64,000 nt of DNA from Planctomycetota bacterium (GCA_965248575.1 CBDFJQ010000002.1:2720001-2784000); one strand, 5' to 3'; positions 37,249-47,905 are shown, counted from the first letter of the stretch. Numbers and translations are program-made. Notes: generated by a model not told the origin, from the sequence alone.

Positions 37249-40200
37249 CTACTGGAGAGTCAATGTGCCTTCGGCCGCCTGCTTGCGGTAGGGATCCAGC
37301 TGCACCCGATCCACATAGCCCTTGGAGGGATTCGCGGCGTCGCCACCGTTGCCCACCGAGAGCAGGATCGTGAACACGGTCTTGGTGTTGGAGGCCGGGA
37401 AGAGGCCCTTCAAGTTGGCCTCGATGGTCGAGACATCCGTCATCGGCAGGCCATGGACGCCCGAGGTGTTGGGCGTGGCGCTGAAGCTGTCGGCGTAGAA
37501 CAGGTTGCGGGTCGTGGTGCCATCCGTGATGTCCACGCTCATCCAGTCGTTGGCGGCTGCGGAGTTGGCCGCACCGGAGCGCAGATAGGCGGCATCGAAG
37601 GACAGCCTGTGCCGGCCGAGCGGGTAGGAGAAGGCCTGGCCCACGCTGTTTCCACCCAAGGGCAGGGAGCCTGCGCCGCCCGGGTTGGAGGGCGGCGTGG
37701 CCGCGTCCGAACCGTCGGCAGCCAGCTCAAGCCACTGGTCCCCCGCCGTGGGCATGGCGCCATCGCTGCCCAGGCCGCTGGGTTGCACCACGTGGGCTCC
37801 GCCAGCCAACACGGTCCACACACCGCTCGGTGCGAGGCCGGGGGCCTGGCCCTCAAAGCTTCCATCCACCAAGGGGCGCTTGGGGTTCTTCACCTGAACG
37901 AAGTCGAGCTCGGTGGCGAGGTCGGCACCGCCGGGTCCGCTCACCGTCAAGCTCACATCATAGGTGCCCGGGCTGGTGTAGATGTGCGAGGGGTCCTGCT
38001 CGGTGGAGGTCTTGCCGTCGCCGAAGTCCCAGAGCCAGCTGGCGCTAGGCCCGCCGGTCGACTGGTCCATGAAGTCCACCACCACGGGCGCCGTGCCCGT
38101 GGGTGGCGTGCCCGTGAAGGCTGCAACCGGCGGCAGCTCGCCGACGGAGATGTAGGCGACCTTGGTCTCACCGTCAGAGCCGCCGGGGCCCGTCGCGGTC
38201 AATGTCACGGTGTAGGTACCCGCCGCCGTGTAGGTGTTCGACGGGTTCTGAGCGGTCGAACTGTTTGTGTCGCCAAAGTCCCAGGCCCAGCTCGTCACCG
38301 GTCCACCCGACGAGAGATCCGTGAAGTCGACGAGCAGCGGAGTGGTGCCGCTGAGAGGCGTGGCGCTGAACCCGGCGACCGGTGCCGGCTCGTTGACCGT
38401 GATGTAGGCGACCTTGGTCTCACCGTCGGAGCCGCCGGGGCCCGTGGCGGTCAGCGTCACGGTGTAGGTGCCGGCCGCCGTGTAGGTGTGCGAGGGGTTC
38501 TGGGCCGTCGAACTTCCGGTGTCACCAAAGTCCCAGGCCCAGCTCGTAACCGGGCCGCCCGTGGACGCATCGCTGAAGTTCACCAGAAGCGGCATCGTGC
38601 CGCTGGTCGGCGTGCCACTGAAGTCCGCGACAGGTGCCAGGTCGCTGACCGTGATGTAAGCGACCTTCGTCTCGCCGTCGGAGCCGCCAGGTCCCGTCGC
38701 GGTCAGCGTTACGGTGTAGATGCCCGGTGTGGTGTAGGTGTGCGAAGGGTCTTGGGCGGTCGACGTACCGGTGTCGCCGAAGTTCCATGCCCAGCTCGTG
38801 ACAGGACCGCCTGACGACAGGTCGTTGAAGTTCACGAGCAGCGGCGAGATCCCGCTGGTGGGAGTGCCGCTGAACTCGGCAATCGGTGCGGGTTCGTTGA
38901 CCGCGATGTACGCAACCTTGGTCTCGCCGTCGGACCCACCGGGACCGGTGGCGGTCAACGTCACCGTGTAGGTACCCGCCGCCGTGTAGGTGTGTGAAGG
39001 GTTCTGAGCCGTGGACGTCGCTGTGTCGCCGAAGTTCCACACCCAGCTCGTGACAGGACCACCGGAAGACAGGTCGCTGAAGTTCACGAGCAGCGGAAGC
39101 GTTCCGCTGGTCGGCGAACCGCTGAACTCGGCGACCGGCGCCGGCTCGTTGACCGTGATGTACGCAACCTTCGTTTCGCCGTCAGAGCCACCGGGACCGG
39201 TGGCGGTCAACGTCACCGTGTAGGTACCCGCCGCCGTGTAGGTGTGTGAAGGGTTCTGAGCCGTGGACGTCGCTGTGTCGCCGAAGTTCCACACCCAGCT
39301 CGTGACAGGACCACCGGAAGACAGGTCGCTGAAGTTCACGAGCAGCGGAAGCGTTCCGCTGGTCGGCGAACCGCTGAACTCGGCGACCGGCGCCGGCTCG
39401 TTGACCGTGATGTACGCAACCTTCGTTTCGCCGTCAGAGCCACCGGGACCGGTGGCGGTCAACGTCACCGTGTAGGTACCCGCCGCCGTGTAGGTGTGTG
39501 AAGGGTTCTGAGCCGTGGACGTCGCTGTGTCGCCGAAGTTCCACACCCAGCTCGTGACAGGACCACCGGAAGACAGGTCGCTGAAATTCACGAGCAGCGG
39601 AAGCGTTCCGCTGGTCGGCGAACCGCTGAACTCGGCGACCGGCGCCGGCTCGTTGACCGTGATGTACGCAACCTTCGTTTCGCCGTCAGAGCCACCGGGA
39701 CCGGTGGCGGTCAACGTCACCGTGTAGGTACCCGCCGCCGTGTAGGTGTGTGAAGGGTTCTGAGCCGTGGACGTCGCTGTGTCGCCGAAGTTCCACACCC
39801 AGCTCGTGACAGGACCACCGGAAGACAGGTCGCTGAAGTTCACGAGCAGCGGAAGCGTTCCGCTGGTCGGCGAACCGCTGAACTCGGCGACCGGCGCCGG
39901 CTCGTTGACCGTGATGTACGCAACCTTGGTCTCGCCGTCGGACCCGCCGGGACCGGTCGCCGTGAGCGTCACCGTGTAGATGCCCGGTGTGGTGTAGGTG
40001 TGCGAAGGGTCTTGGGCGGTCGACGTACCGGTGTCGCCAAAGCTCCACGCCCAACTGGTCACAGGACCACCGGACGACAGGTCACCAAAGTTCACCAGCA
40101 ACGGGAGCGTGCCGCTGGTCGGCGAACCGCTGAACTCGGCGACCGGCGCCGGCTCGTTGACCGTGATGTACGCAACCTTCGTCTCGCCGTCGGACCCACC

Positions 40201-43200
40201 GGGGCCGGTCGCCGTCAGCGTCACCGTGTACGTGCCAGCCGTCGTGTAGGTGTGCGACGGATTTTGCGCCGTGGACGTTGCTGTATCGCCGAAGTTCCAA
40301 GCCCAACTCGTAACCGGACCGCCAGACGACAGATCACTGAAGTTCACGAGTAGCGGCAAAGTCCCGCTGACCGGTGTGCCACTGAACTCGGCGACCGGTG
40401 CAGGCTCGTTGACCGTGATGTACGCCGTCTTCGTCTCGCCATCCGAGCCACCGGGGCCCGTTGCCGTCAGCGTCACCGTGTACGTGCCCGCCGCGGTGTA
40501 GGTGTGCGAAGGATTCTGCTGCGTTGAGAACGTGCTGTCGCCGAAGGCCCAGACCCAACTGGTGACAGGACCGCCTGTTGACAGATCACTGAAGTTCACA
40601 AGCAGCGGAGCCGTGCCGCTCGTGGGCACGCCGCTGAACTCGGCCACGGGGCCACCTGCTGGCGGCTCCAGACGTAGGTCGTCCAGGTAGCCCTTGCTGT
40701 CCTGGAAGTCGTCGTCGCCGTTGCCGGTGCTCGCCGTCAGCGTGAAGCTCGTCGCTGTCGTCGAAGACGGGAAGAGGCTCGTCAGGTCCACGACCACCTC
40801 TTCAAGCGGCGTCATGGCATAACCCCACTTGGCCGACGTCCCCGAGGTGGGCGAGAAGGTGTCCTTGTAGAACACGTTGTAGGTGCTCGAGCCATCGGTC
40901 AGCTCGACGGACATCCAGTCGTTGTAGACGGCCTGGTTTGGATCCTCGTTGCGCAGGAAGGCTGCCGAGAACTTGAGCAGCGTGTTGCCAGCGGGGTAGG
41001 TGAACGACTGCTCGATGCCAGCGCCGCCGATGGGTGGCGTCGTGATCCCGCCGGGATTGCTGGGCGGTGTGGCGCCGTTGGTGCTGTCGCCCGCGATCTC
41101 ACCCCACTGGGAGCCGTCGGTGGGCATGCCGTTGTCGCTGCTGACCCCCGTGGGGTTCACCACATGGCCGCTGCCGAAGCTCACACTCCAAGGGGTCGTG
41201 GGCGTGGTGCCCGCCGTCTGGGATTCAAAGCTGCCGTCCGAGATGCCCGCGGGGGGCGGATCGTTCACGGTGATGTAGCCCACCTTGGTGTTCGTGTCGC
41301 TGCCGCTCGGGCCGCTCACCATCAGGCTCACGGTGTAGGTGCCCGCGCTGGTGTAGGTGTTCGAGGGATTCTGGGCGCTCGAGACGCCGCCGTCTCCGAA
41401 GGTCCAGGCCCAGGTGTCCGGGCTACCCGACGAGAGGTCCGTGAAGTTCACGTTCAAGGGCGTCAGGCCCGAGGTCGGCGTGCCATTGAAGGCTGCGATG
41501 GGACCGCCGCCCGGCGCCCCGGCGTTGTAGACCAGCAAGGCGAAGTCCTGGTCCGTGCCGTCGGCGTTGCCGGGCAGGCCGTTGCCCGAGATGCTCGCGG
41601 CCGACACGGTCACGGTGAAGTTGCCGGAAGTCCCTGCGGGCAGGAAGACCGATTCGGCGTTGTTGCGGAAGTCCGCGCTTCCGCCGGTGATGGAGTTGGC
41701 GCCGGAGAACACATTGCCGCGATAGGTGTTGCCGCCGACGCTCAGCTGGAGGTCGAGGTCATTCACCCAGGGGGCACCCGTGGTCGGGCCGGGGGCGTCG
41801 GTCCAGGCCAAGGTCACACGGAAGGGTTGGCCCGGGTCGGCCACCTGCCCAAGCACGACATGCGTCGCGCCCGTGGAGCCCAGCACCACCGACTGGTCCA
41901 CCAACATGCGCGTCGTCGCGTCAAAGGCCCGGTCGAGATCCATGAGGCCCATGCCCTGCACATTCGACGGCAAGGTGTCATTGGCGAAGGCACCCGTCAT
42001 GTAGCGGGCGGAGTTCATGAGCACGGCCTTGATCATGGCCGGGCTCGGGGCGCTCATGCCGTTGTTCAGGAAGTCCTGGCGCACCAGGGCCGCACCGCCG
42101 GCGACAGCAGGCGTGCTGTGGCTTGTTCCGCTACTCCAGCCGTAGAGCGAAGAACCTGCTGGCCAGAAGGCGTTGCACACACTGGTCCCGCCGTAGTTGC
42201 TCTGGGGCACACCGGCCTGGATGTGTGTGCCGGGCGCTACGATCTCGGGCTTGATGCGGCCGTCACCGCCGGTGCTGTTGATCGGGCCGTGGCTGCTGAA
42301 GCTGATCATGTCCGTCAGATCGTCCGCGCCGCTGTTGCCAACGCCGCAACCGTCTGTGCCCGTCTGGCGCACGTTCTCGGACGCGCCCACGGTGATGATG
42401 TTCTTGCCCGTGCTGGGCGTGGAGACCGTGTTCGCCCCCGGCCCATCGTTGCCGGCGGCGAAGAGGATCGTGTACTCCTGGTTGCCCGACTGCCCGGATC
42501 GCGCGTCGCGCACCAGGCCGTCCACTTCCTGGCTGTTGCTGTCGTAGTCGGGGATGGGGTTCTGGGCGCCGTCGATGAAACTCCAGCTGTTGCTGCTGAT
42601 ACGGGCACCGAGGTTGTAGGCGCTGTTCTCCCAGCTGGTGATGCTGGCGCCGCTCGGACCGAAAATGGCCGTGCTCCCCACATGGGCCCAGGGCGCGATG
42701 CCGAGGCCGTAGTTGTAGCCCTGGGCATCCTCCACCGTGCCGCCCGTGCTGCTGTTGAGGCCCGCGACAATGTGCGCGTTCAAGAACCCGTGTCCGCCCT
42801 CGGTGCTGCCCTGGCTCGTGGGGTTCAAGGAGAAGTCGACGCGCGCGTTGGCGAGGTCCGGGTGCCCGGTCAACGACACGGAGTCGTCCACGACGTTGAC
42901 GGAGAAGCTGCCGAACTGACTGCTGTTGAAGCCCTCACCCGCCAACCAGGACAGGTAGCCCGGTCCGCTGGGGTTCGTGCCGGAGATGTTTCCCGAAACG
43001 ATCTGCCCCTGGCGCTCGTCGTTCTTGGCCGGCGTGCCGCGCGGCTCGATGGCAAAGACCTCCGGCCAACTCGCCAGGGTGCGGAAGAGTGCGGGGTCCA
43101 GTTTGACGGCCAGGTTCACGTAGGGGCCCACGCGACTGCTGTGGGACACCTCGCTCGCGAAGGACGTCATCATCGAGACCGCTTCGCGCACGCTGGGCCC

Positions 43201-43914
43201 GTCCACGAATTGGATCGTGATGGGCATGGGCGCACCGCCTGCCGTCTCAGCAGCCGCGCGCACGGAGGGCGCCATGCGGAAGGCAGGCTCCCAGGCACCC
43301 ACGTGTTGCACGGCAGGGTGTGTGCGCCCGAAGGCCGACAGAGCCTGCACCGCGTCGCCCGTGGCGCGCACGACGTAGGCGTTCATGGGCATGGGCTGCA
43401 GGCGCTGCGCACCCGTGGCGTCCAGCTCGGCCAGCCAGCTGTCCTGGATGGGTGCTTCGAACTTCAACAAGTACAGGCCGACACCCTGCAGCAGCGAGCC
43501 GTCGTCCATTGCGGGAAAGCGTTCGGCCGGGTGCAGCTTGGCCAGGGTGGGCTGCGGGTTGCGGCCGTCGAGCAGATAGCCGCTGGCGGGCAGCAGGTCG
43601 AACTCGTCGCGCACGGGGTAGTTACCCGCCTGCAGTTGGTCAGGGCCGAGGCCTTGCACGACGAAGACCTGGAAGGAGTCGTAGTCCCAGGTGCGCAGCA
43701 CGGCACCGGTGCTCTGCAGGCTCGCGATGCGGGCATCGCCGGACGGCAGCAGCACTGTGTGCGTTTCGCCGCTGCGTACCCAGCGATCGGGCAGGGCTTC
43801 CAACGTGGAGCCAGCGGCCAGAGGTCCAACAACCAAGGACTGCGCGCTCGCGGCCAGGGGCAGGCCGAACAACACGAACAAAACGAGGGTGCACCCGAGA
43901 CGGATCACGGCCAT
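37249..43914 (-). CDS. Secreted S8 subtilisin-like protease with 12 PKD domains and two copies of a ~195-aa jelly-roll-like domain (2221 aa)
   Basis: Signal peptide; triad regions VVDD, GGHG and SGTSHSTPAVAG; FAAGNDG oxyanion Asn; LAWTD..NDLDL domain; PKD motif W.W.FGD....NPSHTY...G.Y.V.LT once and then 11 times in tandem. Confidence 0.93.
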   Translation of the reverse strand: MAVIRLGCTLVLFVLFGLPLAASAQSLVVGPLAAGSTLEALPDRWVRSGETHTVLLPSGDARIASLQSTGAVLRTWDYDSFQVFVVQGLGPDQLQAGNYPVRDEFDLLPASGYLLDGRNPQPTLAKLHPAERFPAMDDGSLLQGVGLYLLKFEAPIQDSWLAELDATGAQRLQPMPMNAYVVRATGDAVQALSAFGRTHPAVQHVGAWEPAFRMAPSVRAAAETAGGAPMPITIQFVDGPSVREAVSMMTSFASEVSHSSRVGPYVNLAVKLDPALFRTLASWPEVFAIEPRGTPAKNDERQGQIVSGNISGTNPSGPGYLSWLAGEGFNSSQFGSFSVNVVDDSVSLTGHPDLANARVDFSLNPTSQGSTEGGHGFLNAHIVAGLNSSTGGTVEDAQGYNYGLGIAPWAHVGSTAIFGPSGASITSWENSAYNLGARISSNSWSFIDGAQNPIPDYDSNSQEVDGLVRDARSGQSGNQEYTILFAAGNDGPGANTVSTPSTGKNIITVGASENVRQTGTDGCGVGNSGADDLTDMISFSSHGPINSTGGDGRIKPEIVAPGTHIQAGVPQSNYGGTSVCNAFWPAGSSLYGWSSGTSHSTPAVAGGAALVRQDFLNNGMSAPSPAMIKAVLMNSARYMTGAFANDTLPSNVQGMGLMDLDRAFDATTRMLVDQSVVLGSTGATHVVLGQVADPGQPFRVTLAWTDAPGPTTGAPWVNDLDLQLSVGGNTYRGNVFSGANSITGGSADFRNNAESVFLPAGTSGNFTVTVSAASISGNGLPGNADGTDQDFALLVYNAGAPGGGPIAAFNGTPTSGLTPLNVNFTDLSSGSPDTWAWTFGDGGVSSAQNPSNTYTSAGTYTVSLMVSGPSGSDTNTKVGYITVNDPPPAGISDGSFESQTAGTTPTTPWSVSFGSGHVVNPTGVSSDNGMPTDGSQWGEIAGDSTNGATPPSNPGGITTPPIGGAGIEQSFTYPAGNTLLKFSAAFLRNEDPNQAVYNDWMSVELTDGSSTYNVFYKDTFSPTSGTSAKWGYAMTPLEEVVVDLTSLFPSSTTATSFTLTASTGNGDDDFQDSKGYLDDLRLEPPAGGPVAEFSGVPTSGTAPLLVNFSDLSTGGPVTSWVWAFGDSTFSTQQNPSHTYTAAGTYTVTLTATGPGGSDGETKTAYITVNEPAPVAEFSGTPVSGTLPLLVNFSDLSSGGPVTSWAWNFGDTATSTAQNPSHTYTTAGTYTVTLTATGPGGSDGETKVAYITVNEPAPVAEFSGSPTSGTLPLLVNFGDLSSGGPVTSWAWSFGDTGTSTAQDPSHTYTTPGIYTVTLTATGPGGSDGETKVAYITVNEPAPVAEFSGSPTSGTLPLLVNFSDLSSGGPVTSWVWNFGDTATSTAQNPSHTYTAAGTYTVTLTATGPGGSDGETKVAYITVNEPAPVAEFSGSPTSGTLPLLVNFSDLSSGGPVTSWVWNFGDTATSTAQNPSHTYTAAGTYTVTLTATGPGGSDGETKVAYITVNEPAPVAEFSGSPTSGTLPLLVNFSDLSSGGPVTSWVWNFGDTATSTAQNPSHTYTAAGTYTVTLTATGPGGSDGETKVAYITVNEPAPVAEFSGSPTSGTLPLLVNFSDLSSGGPVTSWVWNFGDTATSTAQNPSHTYTAAGTYTVTLTATGPGGSDGETKVAYIAVNEPAPIAEFSGTPTSGISPLLVNFNDLSSGGPVTSWAWNFGDTGTSTAQDPSHTYTTPGIYTVTLTATGPGGSDGETKVAYITVSDLAPVADFSGTPTSGTMPLLVNFSDASTGGPVTSWAWDFGDTGSSTAQNPSHTYTAAGTYTVTLTATGPGGSDGETKVAYITVNEPAPVAGFSATPLSGTTPLLVDFTDLSSGGPVTSWAWDFGDTNSSTAQNPSNTYTAAGTYTVTLTATGPGGSDGETKVAYISVGELPPVAAFTGTPPTGTAPVVVDFMDQSTGGPSASWLWDFGDGKTSTEQDPSHIYTSPGTYDVSLTVSGPGGADLATELDFVQVKNPKRPLVDGSFEGQAPGLAPSGVWTVLAGGAHVVQPSGLGSDGAMPTAGDQWLELAADGSDAATPPSNPGGAGSLPLGGNSVGQAFSYPLGRHRLSFDAAYLRSGAANSAAANDWMSVDITDGTTTRNLFYADSFSATPNTSGVHGLPMTDVSTIEANLKGLFPASNTKTVFTILLSVGNGGDAANPSKGYVDRVQLDPYRKQAAEGTLTLQ
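37885..40655 (-). repeat. Tandem array of eleven 252-bp PKD-coding repeats; four central copies near-identical in DNA (~38895-39905)
   Basis: The same antisense 70-aa ORF recurs at 39011, 39263, 39515 and 39767 (252-nt period). Confidence 0.9.
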
Positions 43915-44014
43915 GGGAGAGGCTTCTGGACGGAGAGGGAGAGAGTCGCCGCACGGGGTCAGGAGACGACGCGGCGCGAGCCAAAGGGTACAGGCAAGCG
44001 GAGATTCCCGCTGC

Positions 44015-44806
44015 CTACAAGGCCTGCCACGTAGGCTTCCCCTCGAAAGCCTGCCGATAGTAGTCGGTGTGGCGCAGCTCGCTGGCCGCAGCCTCGTCCA
44101 GCAGCACCGTCGCGTGAGGGTGCAGCTGCAAGGCCGAAGCCGGGACGAGGGCCGCCAAGGGCCCCTCGACGGCGAGCGCTACGGGCGCCGCCTTCGCCGC
44201 ACCGGTCGCCAGCAGCAGCACGTGGCGGGCGTCGAGCACGGTGGCGATACCCTGCGTCATGACGTGACGCGGGACATCGACCAGGCCGCCCTCGAAGAAG
44301 CGGGCGTTGTCCCGGCGGGTGTCCGCCGTGAGCGTCTTGATGCGTGTGCGCGACGCGAGGGAGGACATGGGCTCGTTGAAGCCGATGTGCCCGTCGCCTC
44401 CGATGCCGAGCAGCTGCAGGTCCACGCCGCCCGCTTCGTGCAAGGTGGCCTCGTAGTCCCGGGCTGCCTGGGTCAGGGCTTCGCCCGCGCACGCGGTCTC
44501 GGGCCCACGCAGCTTCGCGGGGTCGAGGTCCGTGTGCTCGACCAGCTCATGCAGCAAGAAGGAGCGGTAGGACGCCGGATGCTCGGGGGGCAAACCCACG
44601 TACTCATCCAGCAGGAAGGCCCGGGCGGCGGCGAAACTCAGCCCCTCGTCCCGGTGCCGTCGGGCCAGTTCGGCATAGAGCGGCCGGGGCGTGCCGCCCG
44701 TTGCCAAGCCCAACACCGGCTCGTCGACCGTGGTGAGCGTCCGTTCGACCACGTCCGCCGCCACACGGCCCACAGCCTCAACGGAGGGGAGAATCACGAC
44801 TTCCAT
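44015..44806 (-). CDS. nagB: Glucosamine-6-phosphate deaminase
   Basis: VLGLATGGTP, LDEYVGL, GGVDLQLLGIG.DGHIGFNEP, TQGIAT and PASALQLH. Confidence 0.95.
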   Translation of the reverse strand: MEVVILPSVEAVGRVAADVVERTLTTVDEPVLGLATGGTPRPLYAELARRHRDEGLSFAAARAFLLDEYVGLPPEHPASYRSFLLHELVEHTDLDPAKLRGPETACAGEALTQAARDYEATLHEAGGVDLQLLGIGGDGHIGFNEPMSSLASRTRIKTLTADTRRDNARFFEGGLVDVPRHVMTQGIATVLDARHVLLLATGAAKAAPVALAVEGPLAALVPASALQLHPHATVLLDEAAASELRHTDYYRQAFEGKPTWQAL

Positions 44807-44851
44807 GGGACGGACGTACCGCTGCAGAAGAGGCGTTGGGGCGGGCTCTGG

Positions 44852-46000
44852 TCAACCGTCGGTCACGGTAGCATCCACGCTCTCGCCGCCGATGGCTGCG
44901 TCGTCTTCGTCGGGCTGATCCACCTCTTTGGCCTGCACCAGATCGGAGAGACGCATTCCGATGCTCCCGGCCTTCCAACTCGGAAGAACGTAGGTCCACT
45001 TGCTGAGGCGGGCGTTGAGGTCGGCCACTTCGGCAGCGATCTCGGCCGGGTCGCGCGGCTCGTCGGTTGGTGCCGGCTCCAGCGACGGGCCCTCCGTCTC
45101 GGAGGTTGCACTGTCATCCGGCAGGGCCCCGGCCGCGAAGCGCGCGACGGTCTTGCCGTCGATACTCGCCGACTTGAGGGTCAGCGCCACGCCGTCGTTC
45201 GTCTCGAAGCGGGTGTTGGTCCACTCCGGCGCCGCGGCCTGCACCGTCTCCTCGGGCATGACCGACTCCAACATCAGTCGGCTCAACACCCGGGCCAGGG
45301 GGGCGAGGGAGTTGGGCAGCAGCTCCTGTTCGTCGGTCATCTCTTCCAGCGACCAGGGGCCGTCGGATTCGCCGGCCTCGCGCCCCAGGGTCACGGTCTC
45401 CCCGTCGGGATGCTCGATGAGCACGCGCTGCATGCGCGCGTCCGTCATGTCCACGAGGTCGGTGGTGACGAAGCGGCTGGCGAGGGGCCCCGGGGCCAGC
45501 CGGCCCTTGGCCAACCAGGTCTGGGGCTCGCCGTAGCGGCGCACGTAGACGGCGTCGCGCCCCTTCTGCCGGCCCACCACGACATCTGCGAGCCGCTCGC
45601 CGGAGGCCGTGAGCTGCACGCGCACCGAGCTGTGGTCGGGGCCCGGGTCTCTCAGCCCCAGCGCCTCCCAGCGGTCCGGACGCTTGGTCTTGGGCTCCAG
45701 GAGCACCAGCTGCTCCACCCCCACCACCAGCTCTTTCACCTTGCTGAAGTCGGCGGGGAAGAAGCCCCACTCCTGCACGAACCACTCGCCGCCCAACCTC
45801 TGCAGGGTGAACGGCCCGCTGTCGCCTTCGACGATGACCTGGTCGACATCGTTGAGACCCGCTGTGAGCGCTGGCACCAACGCTTCGCCCACACCCTCGG
45901 GCGCGGGCTGTTCGTCATCGCCACCGGCCAGGAGCCACAGCGCCGCGCCAGCGGCCAACAGAGTCAGGAGCAGCAACACTCGGGAACTGGACGTCTTCAT
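44852..46000 (-). CDS. DUF4340-like protein (fourth gene of Gld-like ABC operon 2)
   Basis: GAGGAGG RBS, N-terminal TM helix, FPAD..KV..L, EPKT..P....LGL and YVRR..E.QTW. Confidence 0.8.
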   Translation of the reverse strand: MKTSSSRVLLLLTLLAAGAALWLLAGGDDEQPAPEGVGEALVPALTAGLNDVDQVIVEGDSGPFTLQRLGGEWFVQEWGFFPADFSKVKELVVGVEQLVLLEPKTKRPDRWEALGLRDPGPDHSSVRVQLTASGERLADVVVGRQKGRDAVYVRRYGEPQTWLAKGRLAPGPLASRFVTTDLVDMTDARMQRVLIEHPDGETVTLGREAGESDGPWSLEEMTDEQELLPNSLAPLARVLSRLMLESVMPEETVQAAAPEWTNTRFETNDGVALTLKSASIDGKTVARFAAGALPDDSATSETEGPSLEPAPTDEPRDPAEIAAEVADLNARLSKWTYVLPSWKAGSIGMRLSDLVQAKEVDQPDEDDAAIGGESVDATVTDG

Positions 46001-46017
46001 GTGGATCTCCTCCTCTC

Positions 46018-47904
46018 TCAGCTCATCTTCCAACGGGCGAGCGCCGCCATCAGCACCAACAAGGGGATGCCGAAGATGTTCAGGAACTCGAGCCAGCCCT
46101 GGAGGCCCTCGATGTCCTTGCCCAACTCGTGCTTCACCGCGCGCAATTTCTTGCGAGTCTCCAGCTGCTTGTCGCGGAAGGTCTCGATCTCTGCGGCCTG
46201 CTCAGGGGTCACGAACATCGAGCTGCCGTCGGCGCGCTGGCTCTGAAGTTCGTCGAGCCTGCGGTTGGTTTCGGCCAGATCGCTCTGCAACTTCTGCTGC
46301 TCTGCGAGGAAGCGTTGCTCGGCCACGTCCTGCAGCTCGTCGATGACGGTGAAGCGCCGTTGGAAGCTGCCCCGGCTGCGCACACCCACCAGGTCCGTGC
46401 TGCCCGCCAGGCTGTCCAGGACGTTCAGGGCGAAGTCTGCGTTGTCGGCGCTGGGCGTCGGGATGCGCATGTCGAACATCTGCCGGAAGCTCACCCACCA
46501 GGTGTCCGCGAGCATGTCGGCATCGGCCACGATGACGACGTGAACCTCGTCGGATTCCAGGAGCTGGCCGGGCGCAGCGCCAGCGCCGTCGTCGGCACTG
46601 GCTTCAGAGCCTGCCGTTGGCAGACCGTCCGGGAACGCCGTCTTGGCCGGGCCGATGACCCGGGCTGCGAGGGTCCGTTGCACGTCGTCCGGGCGGAAGC
46701 TCGTCTGCAACCGCTTCGGGTCCGGCCGGAAGCCCAGCTGCTGGGAGCTGATCTCCATGGACACGCTACTCGAACTTACCAGCGGTTCGAAGCGGGTGCT
46801 GGCACCCTCCACCGGGCGCAGGGCTCCGGCCGCAGGAATGCGCAGCACCGCCAGGCCCGCCGTAACCGGGTCCTCGCGATCGAGCGACTCACCTTGCACC
46901 TCGAGCCAAGCCACATAGTCCACGGGTTGGCCGTCGGCCCCCATCACGCGCAAGGCCGACTGCCGGTCCGCCACCACCACGGAAGCATCGAAGCTCACGC
47001 CCCAGGCCTCCAGCAGCAGGCCGAGGTCGCTGCCCCGGGGGTAGCCCATGCCCGCCATGGGGTTGCGCGGGTCTTGCGGCGGCCGGTCCTCCTCCGCGAA
47101 AGGATCCACCATCACCAAGGCCTTGCCGCCGCCCAGCACGAACTGGTCGATGGCGTAGAGCGTGGTCTCCGGCAGCTGCTTGGGGTGCACCAGCATGAGC
47201 ACATCGATGTCCGCGCCGATGGCGTCCGCGTACGGGTCCACCATCTGCACGTCGAAGGTCTCGCGGATGATCTCGAACACGAACCAGCCCGGCTGCGGCG
47301 GCGGCGCGCCAGGAAAGTTCTGGCTGGGGATGCCCATCACCGGCAGGGTCGAGAGCACACCCACCGTGGGCCGCTCCGGGTACTGCATCTGGTAGACGAG
47401 CTTCGCCAGGTTGTATTCGAGGAACTGCTCGTCGCTGGGGTCGAAGAAGGGGATCGCCCCGCGCTGGTCGGTGCTGTTCTCGACCACGAGCCCCATGTAG
47501 GCCAGGTCGCCAGCCGCCGTGACCGGCACGCCGCGCATGCCTGACTGCACTGCGTCGTCCTCGGCATCCGAGAAGGGCTCGGGCTCGATGACCTGCAGCC
47601 GCATGCCGTCGCCAGCCACGCCCGCGAACTCCTCGAGCACCTCACGCACGCGATCGCCGTAGATCTTGAGCGGCGCCAGCTCCGAGCCCAGCAGCAGTGT
47701 GGGGCTGTAGAAGTACTTCACCGAGAGGGGCTCGTCCTCGTCCAGGGCCTTGAGGATGTTCCGGCTGCCCTGGGTCAGGGTGTAGAGGCTGTTCTCAGTG
47801 AGGTCCAAGCGCGCGGACTTGAGGCCGGCACCCGCCAGCAAGTGCACGGACAAGAAGAGCACCACGACGACCACGACACCTTTGGTGGAAAGCAGGTCTT
47901 TCAT
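46018..47904 (-). CDS. GldG-like ABC auxiliary protein (single module, 628 aa)
   Basis: RLDLTENSLYTLT.GS, PEPFSDAED, FLEYNL, YAIDQFVLGGGK and VIVADADML; C-terminal coiled coil and TM helix. Confidence 0.88.
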   Translation of the reverse strand: MKDLLSTKGVVVVVVLFLSVHLLAGAGLKSARLDLTENSLYTLTQGSRNILKALDEDEPLSVKYFYSPTLLLGSELAPLKIYGDRVREVLEEFAGVAGDGMRLQVIEPEPFSDAEDDAVQSGMRGVPVTAAGDLAYMGLVVENSTDQRGAIPFFDPSDEQFLEYNLAKLVYQMQYPERPTVGVLSTLPVMGIPSQNFPGAPPPQPGWFVFEIIRETFDVQMVDPYADAIGADIDVLMLVHPKQLPETTLYAIDQFVLGGGKALVMVDPFAEEDRPPQDPRNPMAGMGYPRGSDLGLLLEAWGVSFDASVVVADRQSALRVMGADGQPVDYVAWLEVQGESLDREDPVTAGLAVLRIPAAGALRPVEGASTRFEPLVSSSSVSMEISSQQLGFRPDPKRLQTSFRPDDVQRTLAARVIGPAKTAFPDGLPTAGSEASADDGAGAAPGQLLESDEVHVVIVADADMLADTWWVSFRQMFDMRIPTPSADNADFALNVLDSLAGSTDLVGVRSRGSFQRRFTVIDELQDVAEQRFLAEQQKLQSDLAETNRRLDELQSQRADGSSMFVTPEQAAEIETFRDKQLETRKKLRAVKHELGKDIEGLQGWLEFLNIFGIPLLVLMAALARWKMS

Positions 47905-47905
47905 C

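Noticed and set aside
38895..39905. CRISPR array or DGR template/variable repeats
   Set aside because: These are 252-bp in-frame coding repeats without spacers or adenine-specific variation. No cas or reverse transcriptase gene is in the window.
36325..46246. Long plus-strand ORFs (36325..38814, 41164..44034, 43691..46246) and similar shadows elsewhere (e.g. 20497..23085)
   Set aside because: Antisense to well-supported genes in high-GC DNA, with no motifs.
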